From the human T2T-CHM13v2.0 reference genome, Homo sapiens: DNA of 64,000 bases. This document shows, in pieces, positions 26,287-40,365 of the stretch (position 1 is its first letter; every line of letters starts with the position of its first letter). The stretch is taken from the NCBI RefSeq assembly GCF_009914755.1, contig NC_060948.1; one strand, given 5' to 3'. A program made the translations under genes and the position numbers. Below the pieces are notes generated by a model, which was given only the letters and a program-made list of their open reading frames with translations, searched no databases and was not told where the DNA came from.

Positions 26287-29200
26287 CCTGGAATAAAGTG
26301 GAATGCTACGGTCTCGAATGCAATAAAAATGTATGGAATGGAATGCAATGAAACGGAATCGAATGTCATAGAGTGTAATGGAATGCAAAAAAATGGAATC
26401 CAAAATCATTGACTGGAAAGGCTGGGTGTCGAAAGGAATTGACTCCAATGGAATGGAATCGAATGGAATGGAAGTGAATAGAATCGAACTAAATCGAATG
26501 GAATGGAATTGATAGGAACGGAATGGAAAGGAATGCAATGATTTGGCATGGAATGGAATCGAAAGGCATCGAATGGAATGGAATGGAATGCAATGGAATG
26601 GAATGTATTAGAATGTAATGAACATTAATGGAAAGTACTCGAATGGATTCGACTGGAATGGAATGTTCTGGAAGTGAATGGACTCCAATGGAATGGATTC
26701 GAAAGGAATGGAATCGAACGGAATGGAATTAAACGGAAATGAATCAAATAGAATAGAACGGAATTGAATTGAATGGAATCGAATGCAATGGAATCTAATG
26801 AAACGGAAAGGAATGGAATGGAATGGGCTGGAATGGAATGGAATCGAAACGAATGGAATGGAATCGAACTGAAGAGACTGGAATGGAATGCACTGGAATG
26901 GAAGGGAATGTAATGGAAGGTTCTCGAAAAAAATGGAATCGAAAGGAATGGAATTGAATGGAACGGAATAGAGTCGAATGGAATTCAATGGAATGGAATG
27001 GACTAGAGTGAAATGGAATCGAACCACAAGGAATGGACAGGAATAGAATGGTCTCGAATTGAATGGAATCGTATGGAATGGCATCAAACGGAATGGAATG
27101 GACAGCCACGGAATGGAATGCACTCGAATGCAATGGAGTCGAAACTAATGGACTGGAATAGAATGGACTCGACTGGTACGGACTCCAATGGAATGGAATC
27201 GAATGGAAGGGAATCGAACGGAATGGACTCGAAGGGAAAAGACTGCAATGGAAAGGTCTCGAATGGAATGGAAATTAATGGAATGGAATGGAATCGAATG
27301 AAATAGAGTCAAAAGGAATGGAATCGAATGGCAAGAAATCGAATGTAATGGAATCGCAAGGAATTGATGTGAACGGAACGGAATGGAATGGAATCCAAAG
27401 GAATGGAATAGAATGGAATGGAATCGAATGGAAAGGACTCGAATGGAAATCACTCGAATAGAATGCAATTTAATAAAATAGGATCAAATGTAATGGAATG
27501 GAATGGAAAGGAATCGAAACGAAAGGAATGGAGACAGATGGAATGGAATGGAACAGAGAGCAATGGTATAGAATGGAATGGAATCATCTGGAATGGAATT
27601 GAATGGAATGGAATAATATGAAATGGAATGGAATGGAATGGAATGCCCTTGAATTAAATGGACTGGAATGGAATGGACTCGAACAGAGTGGAATGGAAAG
27701 TGTTGAAATAGAATGGAATGGACTCGTTTGGAATGGTCTAGTATGCAATGCAATCGACTGGCAGGGAATCAAAAGGAATGTAATCGAATGGATTGGACTG
27801 GAATGCAATGGACTCGAATAGATTGGAAACGGAAAGCAAAGGAATGGAATGGAATAGTATGGAATGGAATGCAAAGGAATGGAGTGGAATAGACTAGAGT
27901 GGAATGGAATGGACTCGAAAGCAATGGACTGGAATGGAACTTTCTTGAATGGACTGGAATCAAACGGAATGGAATGCAATGCAATCAAATGGCATGGAAT
28001 AAAATAGAATGAAAGAGAATCAAATGGAATTGAATCGAATGGAATCGAATGGATTGGAAAGGAATAGAATGGAATGGAATGGAATTGACTCAAATGGAAT
28101 GGACTAGAATGGAATGGATTCGAATGGAAGGCAAAGGAATGGAATCTATTGGAATGGACTGTAATGGAATGGAATGGAAGGGATTGTAATGGACTCGAAT
28201 GGAATGGACTGCAGTAGAAAGGATTCGAATGGAATGAAAAAGAATTGAATGGAATAGAACAGAATGGAATCAAATCGAATGAAATGGAATGGAATAGAAA
28301 GGAATGGAATGAAATGGTATGGAAAGGATTCGAATGGAATGCAATCGAATGGAATGAAATCGAATGGAATGGAATCGAACGGAATGGAATAAAATGGAAG
28401 AAAACTGGCAAGAAATGGAATCGAAATGAATGGAGTGTTACGGAACGGACTCAAAAGGAATTGAATGTAATAGAATGGAGTGGAGTGGACTCGAATATAA
28501 TGGACTAGAATGGAATGAAATCACATGGAATGGGAACGAATGGAATGGAATGGAAAGGAATGGAATCGAATGGAAAGGAATCGAATGGAAGGGAATGAAA
28601 TTGAATCAACAGGAATGGAAGGGAGTAGAATAGACGGTAATGGAATGGACTCGAATAGAATGGACACGAATGCTCAAATTGAATGGACTCGAATGGAATG
28701 GCAACGAAAGGAATGTCATCGAATGGAATTGAATCGTTGGAATGAAATCACATAGAATGGAGTGGAATCAAATGGAATTGAATCGAAAGGAAAGGAAGCG
28801 AATGGACTGAAATGAAATGGAATGGAATTGAATGGAAATTAATGCAATGGAATAGAATGGAACGAAATTTCACGGAATGGAATCAAACTGAATGGAATCA
28901 AATCAATGGAATATAATCAAATGGAATGGAAAGGAATTGAATGGAGTAGATTGGATTGGATGGGATTGGAATGAAATGTACTGGAAAGGACTCGAATTTC
29001 ATGAAACGGAATGGAATGAATTAGAACGGAATGGACTCGAATGGAATGGAATGTCATGGAATGGCATCAAATGGAATGGAATCGAATGCAATGGAATGCT
29101 ATGGAATGGAATGGAATGCATTGGAATGGAATGTCCTCTAATGGAATGTATTCGAGTGGAATGGAATCGAATATAATGGAGTCTATTGAAATGGAATTGA

Positions 29201-29799
29201 AAGGAATGGGACCGAATACAATGGAATAAACTGGAATGTAATGTAATGAACTCGAATGTAATTGACTGGAATGGAATGTACATGAATGGAATGTAATCGA
29301 ATGGAAAGCAATCCAATGGAATAGAATCTAATGCAATAAAATCAACTCAAATAGAGTAGAATGTAATGGAATGGAGTGCAGTGCAATGGAATGGAATGGA
29401 ATGCAATGGAATGGAATGGAATGGAATGGAATGGGATGGAATGGTATGGAATGGATAGTAATGGACTGGAGTGAAATGGACTGGAAAAGAATGGACTCAA
29501 ATTGAAAGGGCTCGAAAGGAATGGAGTCAAATGGAATGGTCTGGAATGGAATGAACACGAATGTAATGCAATCCAATAGAATGGAATCGAATGGCATGGA
29601 ATATAAAGAAATGGAATCGAAGAGAATGGAAACAAATGGAATGGAATTGAATGGAAAGGAATTGAATGGAATGGGAACGAATGGAGTGAAATTGTATGCA
29701 GTAGAAGAGAATAGAATGGAATGCAAGCGAAAGGAAAGGAATGGATTGGAATGGAATGGAATTCATTGGAATGGAAGGGAATGTAGTGTAATGGACAGG
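26287..29799 (-). repeat. DYZ1: DYZ1 monomer, 3513 bp
   Basis: GGCC at 26285 and 29798; 1-bp deletion near 28737. Confidence 0.9.
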
Positions 29800-32700
29800 C
29801 CTGGAATAAAGTGGAATGCTACGGTCTCGAATGGAATAAAAATATATGGAATGGAATGCAATGAAACGGAATCGAATGTCATAGAATGTAATGGAATGCA
29901 AAAAAATGGACTCCAAAATCATTGACTGGAAAGGCTGGGTGTCGAAAGGAATTGACTCCAATGGAATGGAATCGAATGGAATGGAAGTGAATAGAATCGA
30001 ACTAAATCGAATGGAATGGAATTGATAGGAACGGAATGGAAAGGAATGCAATGATTTGGCATGGAATGGAATCGAAAGGCATCGAATGGAATGGAATGGA
30101 ATGCAATGGAATGGAATGTATTAGAATGTAATGAACATTAATGGAAAGTACGCGAATGGATTCGACTGGAATGGAATGTTCTGGAAGTGAATGGACTCCA
30201 ATGGAATGGATTCGAAAGGAATGGAATCGAACGGAATGGAATTAAACGGAAATGAATCAAATAGAATAGAACGGAATTGAATTGAAAGGAATCGAATGCA
30301 ATGGAATCTAATGAAACGGAAAGGAATGGAATGGAATGGGCTGGAATGGAATGGAATCGAAACGAATGGAATGGAATCGAACTGAAGAGACTGGAATGGA
30401 ATGCACTGGAATGGAAGGGAATGTAATGGAAGGTTCTCGAAAAAAATGGAATCGAAAGGAATGGAATTGAATGGAACGGAATAGAGTCGAATGGAATTCA
30501 ATGGAATGGAATGGACTAGAGTGAAATGGAATCGAACCACAAGGAATGGACAGGAATAGAATGGTCTCGAATTGAATGGAATCGTATGGAATGGCATCAA
30601 ACGGAATGGAATGGATGGCCACGGAATGGAATGCACTCGAATGCAATGGAGTCGAAACTAATGGACTGGAATAGAATGGACTCGACTGGTACGGACTCCA
30701 ATGGAATGGAATCGAATGGAAGGGAATCGAACGGAATGGACTCGAAGGGAAAAGACTGCAATGGAAAGGTCTCGAATGGAATGGAAATTAATGGAATGGA
30801 ATGGAATCGAATGAAATGGAGTCAAAAGGAATGGAATCGAATGGCAAGAAATCGAATGTAATGGAATCGCAAGGAATTGATGTGAACGGAACGGAATGGA
30901 ATGGAATCCAAAGGAATGGAATAGAATGGAATGGAATCGAATGGAAAGGACTCGAATGGAAATCACTCGAATAGAATGCAATTTAATAAAATAGGATCAA
31001 ATGTAATGGAATGGAATGGAAAGGAATCGAAACGAAAGGAATGGAGACAGATGGAATGGAATGGAACAGAGAGCAATGGTATAGAATGGAATGGAATCAT
31101 CTGGAATGGAATTGAATGGAATGGAATAATATGAAATGGAATGGAATGGAATGGAATGCCCTTGAATTAAATGGACTGGAATGGAATGGACTCGAACAGA
31201 GTGGAATGGAAAGTGTTGAAATAGAATGGAATGGACTCGTTTGGAATGGTCTAGTATGCAATGCAATCGACTGGCAGGGAATCAAAAGGAATGTAATCGA
31301 ATGGATTGGACTGGAATGCAATGGACTCGAATAGATTGGAAACGGAAAGCAAAGGAATGGAATGGAATAGTATGGAATGGAATGCAAAGGAATGGAGTGG
31401 AATAGACTAGAGTGGAATGGAATGGACTCGAAAGCAATGGACTGGAATGGAACTTTCTTGAATGGACTGGAATCAAACGGAATGGAATGCAATGCAATCA
31501 AATGGCATGGAATAAAATAGAATGAAAGAGAATCAAATGGAATTGAATCGAATGGAATCGAATGGATTGGAAAGGAATAGAATGGAATGGAATGGAATTG
31601 ACTCAAATGGAATGGACTAGAATGGAATGGATTCGAATGGAAGGCAAAGGAATGGAATCTATTGGAATGGACTGTAATGGAATGGAATGGAAGGGATTGG
31701 AATGGACTCGAATGGAATGGACTGCAGTAGAAAGGATTCGAATGGAATGAAAAAGAATTGAATGGAATAGAACAGAATGGAATCAAATCGAATGAAATGG
31801 AATGGAATAGAAAGGAATGGAATGAAATGGTATGGAAAGGATTCGAATGGAATGCAATCGAATGGAATGCAATCGAATGGAATGGAATCGAACGGAATGG
31901 AATAAAATGGAAGAAAACTGGCAAGAAATGGAATCGAAATGAATGGAGTGTTATGGAACGGACTCAAAAGGAATTGAATGTAATAGAATGGAGTGGAGTG
32001 GACTCCAATATAATAGACTGGAATGGAATGAAATCACATGGAATGGGAACGAATGGAATGGAATGGAAAGGAATGGAATCGAATGGAAAGGAATCGAATG
32101 GAAGGGAATGAAATTGAATCAACAGGAATGGAAAGGAGTAGAATAGACGGTAATGGAATGGGCTCGAATAGAATGGACACGAATGCTCAAATTAAATGGA
32201 CTCGAATGGAATGGAAACGAAAGGAATGTCATCGAATGGAATTGAATCGATTGGAATGAAATCACATAGAATGGAGTGGAATCAAATGGAATTGAATCGA
32301 AAGGAAAGGAAGCGAATGGACTGAAATGAAATGGAATGGAATTGAATGGAAATTAATGCAATGGAATAGAATGGAAAGAAATTTCACGGAATGGAATCAA
32401 ACTGAATGGAATCAAATCAATGGAATGTAATCAAATGGAATGGAAAGGAATTGAATGGAGTAGATTGGATTGGATAGGATTGGAATGAAATGTACTGGAA
32501 AGGACTCGAATTTCATGAAACAGAATGGAATGAATTAGAACGGAATGGACTCGAATGGAATGGAATATCACGGAATGGCATCAAATGGAATGGCATCAAT
32601 TGGAATGGAATCGAATGCAATGGAATGCTATGGAATGGAATGGAATGCATTGGAATGGAATGTCCTCTAATGGAATGGATTCGAGTGGAATGGAATCGAA

Positions 32701-33338
32701 TATAATGGAGTCTAATGAAATGGAATTGAAAGGAATGGGATCCAATACAATGGAATATACTGGAATGTAATGTAATGAACTCGAATGTAATTGACTGGAA
32801 TGGAATGTACATGAATGGAATGTAATCGAATGGAAAGTAATCCAATGGAATAGAATCTAATGCAATAAAATCGACTCAAGTAGAGTAGAATATAATGGAA
32901 TGGAGTGCAGTGCAATGGAATGGAATGGAATGGAATGCAATGGAATGGAATGGAATGGAATGGAATGGAATGGGATGGAATGGTATGGAATGGATACTAA
33001 TGGACTGGAGTGAAATGGACTGGAAAGGAATGGACTCAAATTGAAAGGGCTCGAAAGGAATGGAGTCAAATGGAATGGTCTGGAATGGAATGAACACGAA
33101 TGTAATGCAATCCAATAGAATGGAATCGAATGGCATGGAATATAAAGAAATGGAATCGAAGAGAATGGAAACAAATGGAATGGAATTGAATGGAATGGAA
33201 TTGAATGGAATGGGAACGAATGGAGTGAAATTGTATGCAGTAGAAGAGAATAGAATGGAATGCAAGCGAAAGGAAAGGAATGGATTGGAATGGAATGGAA
33301 TTCATTGGAATGGAAGGGAATGTAGTGTAATGGACAGG
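29800..33338 (-). repeat. DYZ1: DYZ1 monomer, 3539 bp, with an extra internal HaeIII site
   Basis: GGCC at 29798 and 33337; extra GGCC at 30617. Confidence 0.9.
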
Positions 33339-36300
33339 CCTGGAATAAAGTGGAATGCTACGGTCTCGAATGGAATAAAAATGTATGGAATGGAATGCAA
33401 TGAAACGGAATCGAATGTCATAGAATGTAATGGAATGCAAAAAAATGGAATCCAAAATCATTGACTGGAAAGGCTGGGTGTCGAAAGGAATTGACTCCAA
33501 TGGAATGGAATCGAATGGCATGGAAGTGAATAGAATGGAACTAAATCGAATGGAATGGAATTGATAGGAACGGAATGGAAAGGAATGCAATGATTTGGCA
33601 TGGAATGGAATCGAATGGCATCGAATGGAATGGAATGGAATGCAATGGAATGGAATGTATTAGAATGTAATGAACTTTAATGGAATGTACTCGAATGGAT
33701 TCGACTGGAATGGAATGTTCTCGAAGTGAATGGTCTCCAATGGAATGGATTCGAAAGGAATGGAATCTAATGGAATGGAATTAAATGGAAATGAATCAAA
33801 TTGAATAGAACGGAATTGAATTGAATGGAATCGAATGCAATGGAATCTAATGAAAAGGAAAGGAAAGGAATGGAATGGATTGGATTGGAATGGGCTGGAA
33901 TGGAATGGAATCGAAACGAATGGAATGGAATCGAACTGAAGAGACTGGAATGGAATGCACTGGAATGGAAGGGAATGTAATGGAAGGTTCTCAAGAAAAA
34001 TGGAATCGAAAGGAATGGAATTGAATGGAACGGAATAGAGTCGAATGGAATTGAATGGAATGGAATGGACTAGAGTGAAATGGAATCGAACCACAAGGAA
34101 TGGACAGGAATAGAATGGTCTCGAATTGAATGGAATCGTATGGAATGGCATCAAACGGAATGGAATGGACAGCCACGGAATGGAATGCACTCGAATGCAA
34201 TGGAGTCGACACTAACGGAGTGGAATAGAATGGACTCGACTGGTACGGACTCCAATGGAATGGAATCGAATGGAAGGGTATCGAACGGAATGGACTCGAA
34301 GGGAAAAGACTGCAATGGAAAGGTCTCGAATGGAATGGAAATTAATGGAATGGAATGGAATCGAATGAAATGGAGTCAAAAGGAATGGAATCGAATGGCA
34401 AGAAATCGAATGTAATGGAATCGCAAGGAATTGAAGTGAACGGAACGGAATGCAATGGAATCCAAAGGAATGGAATAGAATGGAATGGAATCGAATGGAA
34501 AGGACTCGAATGGAAATCACTCGAATAGAATGCAATTTAATAAAATAGGATCAAATGTAATGGAATGGAATGGAAAGGAATCGAAACGAAAGGAATGGAG
34601 ACAGATGGAATGGAATGGAACAGAGAGCAATGGTATAGAATGGAATGGAATCATCTGGAATGGAATTGAATGGAATGGAATAATATGAAATGGAATGGAA
34701 TGGAATGGAATGCCCTTGAATTAAATGGACTGGAATGGAATGGACTCGAACAGAGTGGAATGGAAAGTGTTGAAATAGAATGGAATGGACTCGTTTGGAA
34801 TGGTCTAGTATGCAATGCAATCGACTGGCAGGGAATCAAAAGGAATGTAATCGAATGGATTGGACTGGAATGCAATGGACTCGAATAGATTGGAAACGGA
34901 AAGCAAAGGAATGGAATGGAATAGTATGGAATGGAATGGAAAGGAATGGAGTGGAATAGACTAGAGTGGAATGGAATGGACTGGAAAGCAATGGACTGGA
35001 ATGGAACTTTCTTGAATGGACTGGAATCAAACGGAATGGAATGCAATGCAATCAAATGGCATGGAATAAAATAGAATGAAAGAGAATCAAATGGAATTGA
35101 ATCGAATGGAATCGAATGGATTGGAAAGGAATAGAATGGAATGGAACGGAATTGACTCAAATGGAATGGACTAGAATGGAATGGATTCGAATGGAAGGCA
35201 AATGAATGGAATCTATTGGAATGGACTGTAATGGAATGGAATGGAAGGGATTGGAATGGACTCGAATGGAATGGACTGCAATAGAAAGGATTCGAATGGA
35301 ATGAAAAAGAATTGAATGGAATAGAACAGAATGGAATCAAATCGAATGAAATGGAATGGAAGAGAAAGGAATGGAATGAAATGGAATGGAAAGGATTCGA
35401 ATGGAATGCAATCGAATGGAATGGAATCGAACGGAATGGAATAAAATGGAAGAAAACTGGCAGGAAATGGAATCGAAATGAATGGAGTGTTATGGAACGG
35501 ACTCAAAAGGAATTGAATGTAATAGAATGGAGTGGAGTGGACTCGAATATAATGGACTGGAATGGAATGAAATCACATGGAATGGGAACGAATGGAATGG
35601 AATGGAAAGGAATGGAATCGAATGGAAAGGAATCGAATGGAAGGGAATGAAATTGAATCAACAGGAATGGAAGGGAGTAGAATAGACGGTAATGGAATGG
35701 ACTCGAATAGAATGGACACGAATGCTCAAATTGAATGGACTCGAATGGAATGGAAACGAAAGGAATGTCATCGAATGGAATTGAATCGATTGGAATGAAA
35801 TCGCATAGAATGGAGTGGAATCAAATGGAATTGAATCGAAAGGAAAGGAAGCGAATGGACTGAAATGAAATGGAATGGAATTGAATGGAAAGTAATGCAA
35901 TGGAATAGAATGGAACGAAATTTCACGGAATGGAATCAAACTGAATGGAATCAAATCAATGGAATATAATCAAATGGAATGGAAAGGAATTGAATGGAGT
36001 AGATTGGATTGGATGGGATTGGAATGAAATGTACTGGAAAGGACTCGAAATTCATGAAACGGAATGGAATGAACTGGAACGGAATGGACTCGAATGGAAT
36101 GCAATGTCATGGAATGGCATCAAATGGAATGGAATCGAATGCGATGGAATGCTATGGAATGGAATGGAATGCATTGGAATGGAATGTCCTCTAATGGAAT
36201 GTATTCGAGTGGAATGGAATCGAATATAATGGAGTCTAATGAAATGGAATTGAAAGGAATGGGACCGAATACAATGGAATAAACTGGTATGTAATGTAAT

Positions 36301-36852
36301 GAACTCGAATGTAATTGACTGGAATGGAATGTACATGAATGGAATGTAATCGAATGGAAAGCAATCCAATGGAATAGAATCTAATGCAATAAAATCGACT
36401 CAAATAGAGTAGAATGTAATGGAATGGAGTGCAGTTCAATGGAATGGAATGGAATGCAACGGAATGGAATGGAATGGAATGGAATGGGATGGAATGGTAT
36501 GGAATGGATAGTAATGGACTGGAGTGAAATGGACTGGAAAAGAATGGACTCAAATTGAAAGGGCTCGAAAGGAATGGAGTCAAATGGAATGGTCTGGAAT
36601 GGAATGAACACGAATGTAATGCAATCCAATAGAATGGAATCGAATGGCATGGAATATAAAGAAATGGAATCGAAGAGAATGGAAACAAATGGAATGGAAT
36701 TGAATGGAATGGAATTGAATGGAATGGGAACGAATGGAGTGAAATTGTATGCAGTAGAAGAGAATAGAATGGAATGCAAGTGAAAGGAAAGGAATGGATT
36801 GGAATGGAATGGAATTCATTGGAATGGAAGGGAATGTAGTGTAATGGACAGG
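33339..36852 (-). repeat. DYZ1: DYZ1 monomer, 3514 bp
   Basis: GGCC at 33337 and 36851; near-identical to 22773-26286. Confidence 0.9.
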
Positions 36853-39800
36853 CCTGGAATAAAGTGGAATGCTACGGTCTCGAATGCAATAAAAATGTAT
36901 GGAATGGAATGCAATGAAACGGAATCGAATGTCATAGAGTGTAATGGAATGCAAAAAAATGGAATCCAAAATCATTGACTGGAAAGGCTGGGTGTCGAAA
37001 GGAATTGACTCCAATGGAATGGAATCGAATGGAATGGAAGTGAATAGAATCGAACTAAATCGAATGGAATGGAATTGATAGGAACGGAATGGAAAGGAAT
37101 GCAATGATTTGGCATGGAATGGAATCGAAAGGCATCGAATGGAATGGAATGGAATGCAATGGAATGGAATGTATTAGAATGTAATGAACATTAATGGAAA
37201 GTACTCGAATGGATTCGACTGGAATGGAATGTTCTGGAAGTGAATGGACTCCAATGGAATGGATTCGAAAGGAATGGAATCGAACGGAATGGAATTAAAC
37301 GGAAATGAATCAAATAGAATAGAACGGAATTGAATTGAATGGAATCGAATGCAATGGAATCTAATGAAACGGAAAGGAATGGAATGGAATGGGCTGGAAT
37401 GGAATGGAATCGAAACGAATGGAATGGAATCGAACTGAAGAGACTGGAATGGAATGCACTGGAATGGAAGGGAATGTAATGGAAGGTTCTCGAAAAAAAT
37501 GGAATCGAAAGGAATGGAATTGAATGGAACGGAATAGAGTCGAATGGAATTCAATGGAATGGAATGGACTAGAGTGAAATGGAATCGAACCACAAGGAAT
37601 GGACAGGAATAGAATGGTCTCGAATTGAATGGAATCGTATGGAATGGCATCAAACGGAATGGAATGGACAGCCACGGAATGGAATGCACTCGAATGCAAT
37701 GGAGTCGAAACTAATGGACTGGAATAGAATGGACTCGACTGGTACGGACTCCAATGGAATGGAATCGAATGGAAGGGAATCGAACGGAATGGACTCGAAG
37801 GGAAAAGACTGCAATGGAAAGGTCTCGAATGGAATGGAAATTAATGGAATGGAATGGAATCGAATGAAATAGAGTCAAAAGGAATGGAATCGAATGGCAA
37901 GAAATCGAATGTAATGGAATCGCAAGGAATTGATGTGAACGGAACGGAATGGAATGGAATCCAAAGGAATGGAATAGAATGGAATGGAATCGAATGGAAA
38001 GGACTCGAATGGAAATCACTCGAATAGAATGCAATTTAATAAAATAGGATCAAATGTAATGGAATGGAATGGAAAGGAATCGAAACGAAAGGAATGGAGA
38101 CAGATGGAATGGAATGGAACAGAGAGCAATGGTATAGAATGGAATGGAATCATCTGGAATGGAATTGAATGGAATGGAATAATATGAAATGGAATGGAAT
38201 GGAATGGAATGCCCTTGAATTAAATGGACTGGAATGGAATGGACTCGAACAGAGTGGAATGGAAAGTGTTGAAATAGAATGGAATGGACTCGTTTGGAAT
38301 GGTCTAGTATGCAATGCAATCGACTGGCAGGGAATCAAAAGGAATGTAATCGAATGGATTGGACTGGAATGCAATGGACTCGAATAGATTGGAAACGGAA
38401 AGCAAAGGAATGGAATGGAATAGTATGGAATGGAATGCAAAGGAATGGAGTGGAATAGACTAGAGTGGAATGGAATGGACTCGAAAGCAATGGACTGGAA
38501 TGGAACTTTCTTGAATGGACTGGAATCAAACGGAATGGAATGCAATGCAATCAAATGGCATGGAATAAAATAGAATGAAAGAGAATCAAATGGAATTGAA
38601 TCGAATGGAATCGAATGGATTGGAAAGGAATAGAATGGAATGGAATGGAATTGACTCAAATGGAATGGACTAGAATGGAATGGATTCGAATGGAAGGCAA
38701 AGGAATGGAATCTATTGGAATGGACTGTAATGGAATGGAATGGAAGGGATTGTAATGGACTCGAATGGAATGGACTGCAGTAGAAAGGATTCGAATGGAA
38801 TGAAAAAGAATTGAATGGAATAGAACAGAATGGAATCAAATCGAATGAAATGGAATGGAATAGAAAGGAATGGAATGAAATGGTATGGAAAGGATTCGAA
38901 TGGAATGCAATCGAATGGAATGAAATCGAATGGAATGGAATCGAACGGAATGGAATAAAATGGAAGAAAACTGGCAAGAAATGGAATCGAAATGAATGGA
39001 GTGTTACGGAACGGACTCAAAAGGAATTGAATGTAATAGAATGGAGTGGAGTGGACTCGAATATAATGGACTAGAATGGAATGAAATCACATGGAATGGG
39101 AACGAATGGAATGGAATGGAAAGGAATGGAATCGAATGGAAAGGAATCGAATGGAAGGGAATGAAATTGAATCAACAGGAATGGAAGGGAGTAGAATAGA
39201 CGGTAATGGAATGGACTCGAATAGAATGGACACGAATGCTCAAATTGAATGGACTCGAATGGAATGGCAACGAAAGGAATGTCATCGAATGGAATTGAAT
39301 CGTTGGAATGAAATCACATAGAATGGAGTGGAATCAAATGGAATTGAATCGAAAGGAAAGGAAGCGAATGGACTGAAATGAAATGGAATGGAATTGAATG
39401 GAAATTAATGCAATGGAATAGAATGGAACGAAATTTCACGGAATGGAATCAAACTGAATGGAATCAAATCAATGGAATATAATCAAATGGAATGGAAAGG
39501 AATTGAATGGAGTAGATTGGATTGGATGGGATTGGAATGAAATGTACTGGAAAGGACTCGAATTTCATGAAACGGAATGGAATGAATTAGAACGGAATGG
39601 ACTCGAATGGAATGGAATGTCATGGAATGGCATCAAATGGAATGGAATCGAATGCAATGGAATGCTATGGAATGGAATGGAATGCATTGGAATGGAATGT
39701 CCTCTAATGGAATGTATTCGAGTGGAATGGAATCGAATATAATGGAGTCTATTGAAATGGAATTGAAAGGAATGGGACCGAATACAATGGAATAAACTGG

Positions 39801-40365
39801 AATGTAATGTAATGAACTCGAATGTAATTGACTGGAATGGAATGTACATGAATGGAATGTAATCGAATGGAAAGCAATCCAATGGAATAGAATCTAATGC
39901 AATAAAATCAACTCAAATAGAGTAGAATGTAATGGAATGGAGTGCAGTGCAATGGAATGGAATGGAATGCAATGGAATGGAATGGAATGGAATGGAATGG
40001 GATGGAATGGTATGGAATGGATAGTAATGGACTGGAGTGAAATGGACTGGAAAAGAATGGACTCAAATTGAAAGGGCTCGAAAGGAATGGAGTCAAATGG
40101 AATGGTCTGGAATGGAATGAACACGAATGTAATGCAATCCAATAGAATGGAATCGAATGGCATGGAATATAAAGAAATGGAATCGAAGAGAATGGAAACA
40201 AATGGAATGGAATTGAATGGAAAGGAATTGAATGGAATGGGAACGAATGGAGTGAAATTGTATGCAGTAGAAGAGAATAGAATGGAATGCAAGCGAAAGG
40301 AAAGGAATGGATTGGAATGGAATGGAATTCATTGGAATGGAAGGGAATGTAGTGTAATGGACAGG
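36853..40365 (-). repeat. DYZ1: DYZ1 monomer, 3513 bp
   Basis: GGCC at 36851 and 40364; near-identical to 26287-29799, including the 1-bp deletion near 39303. Confidence 0.9.
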
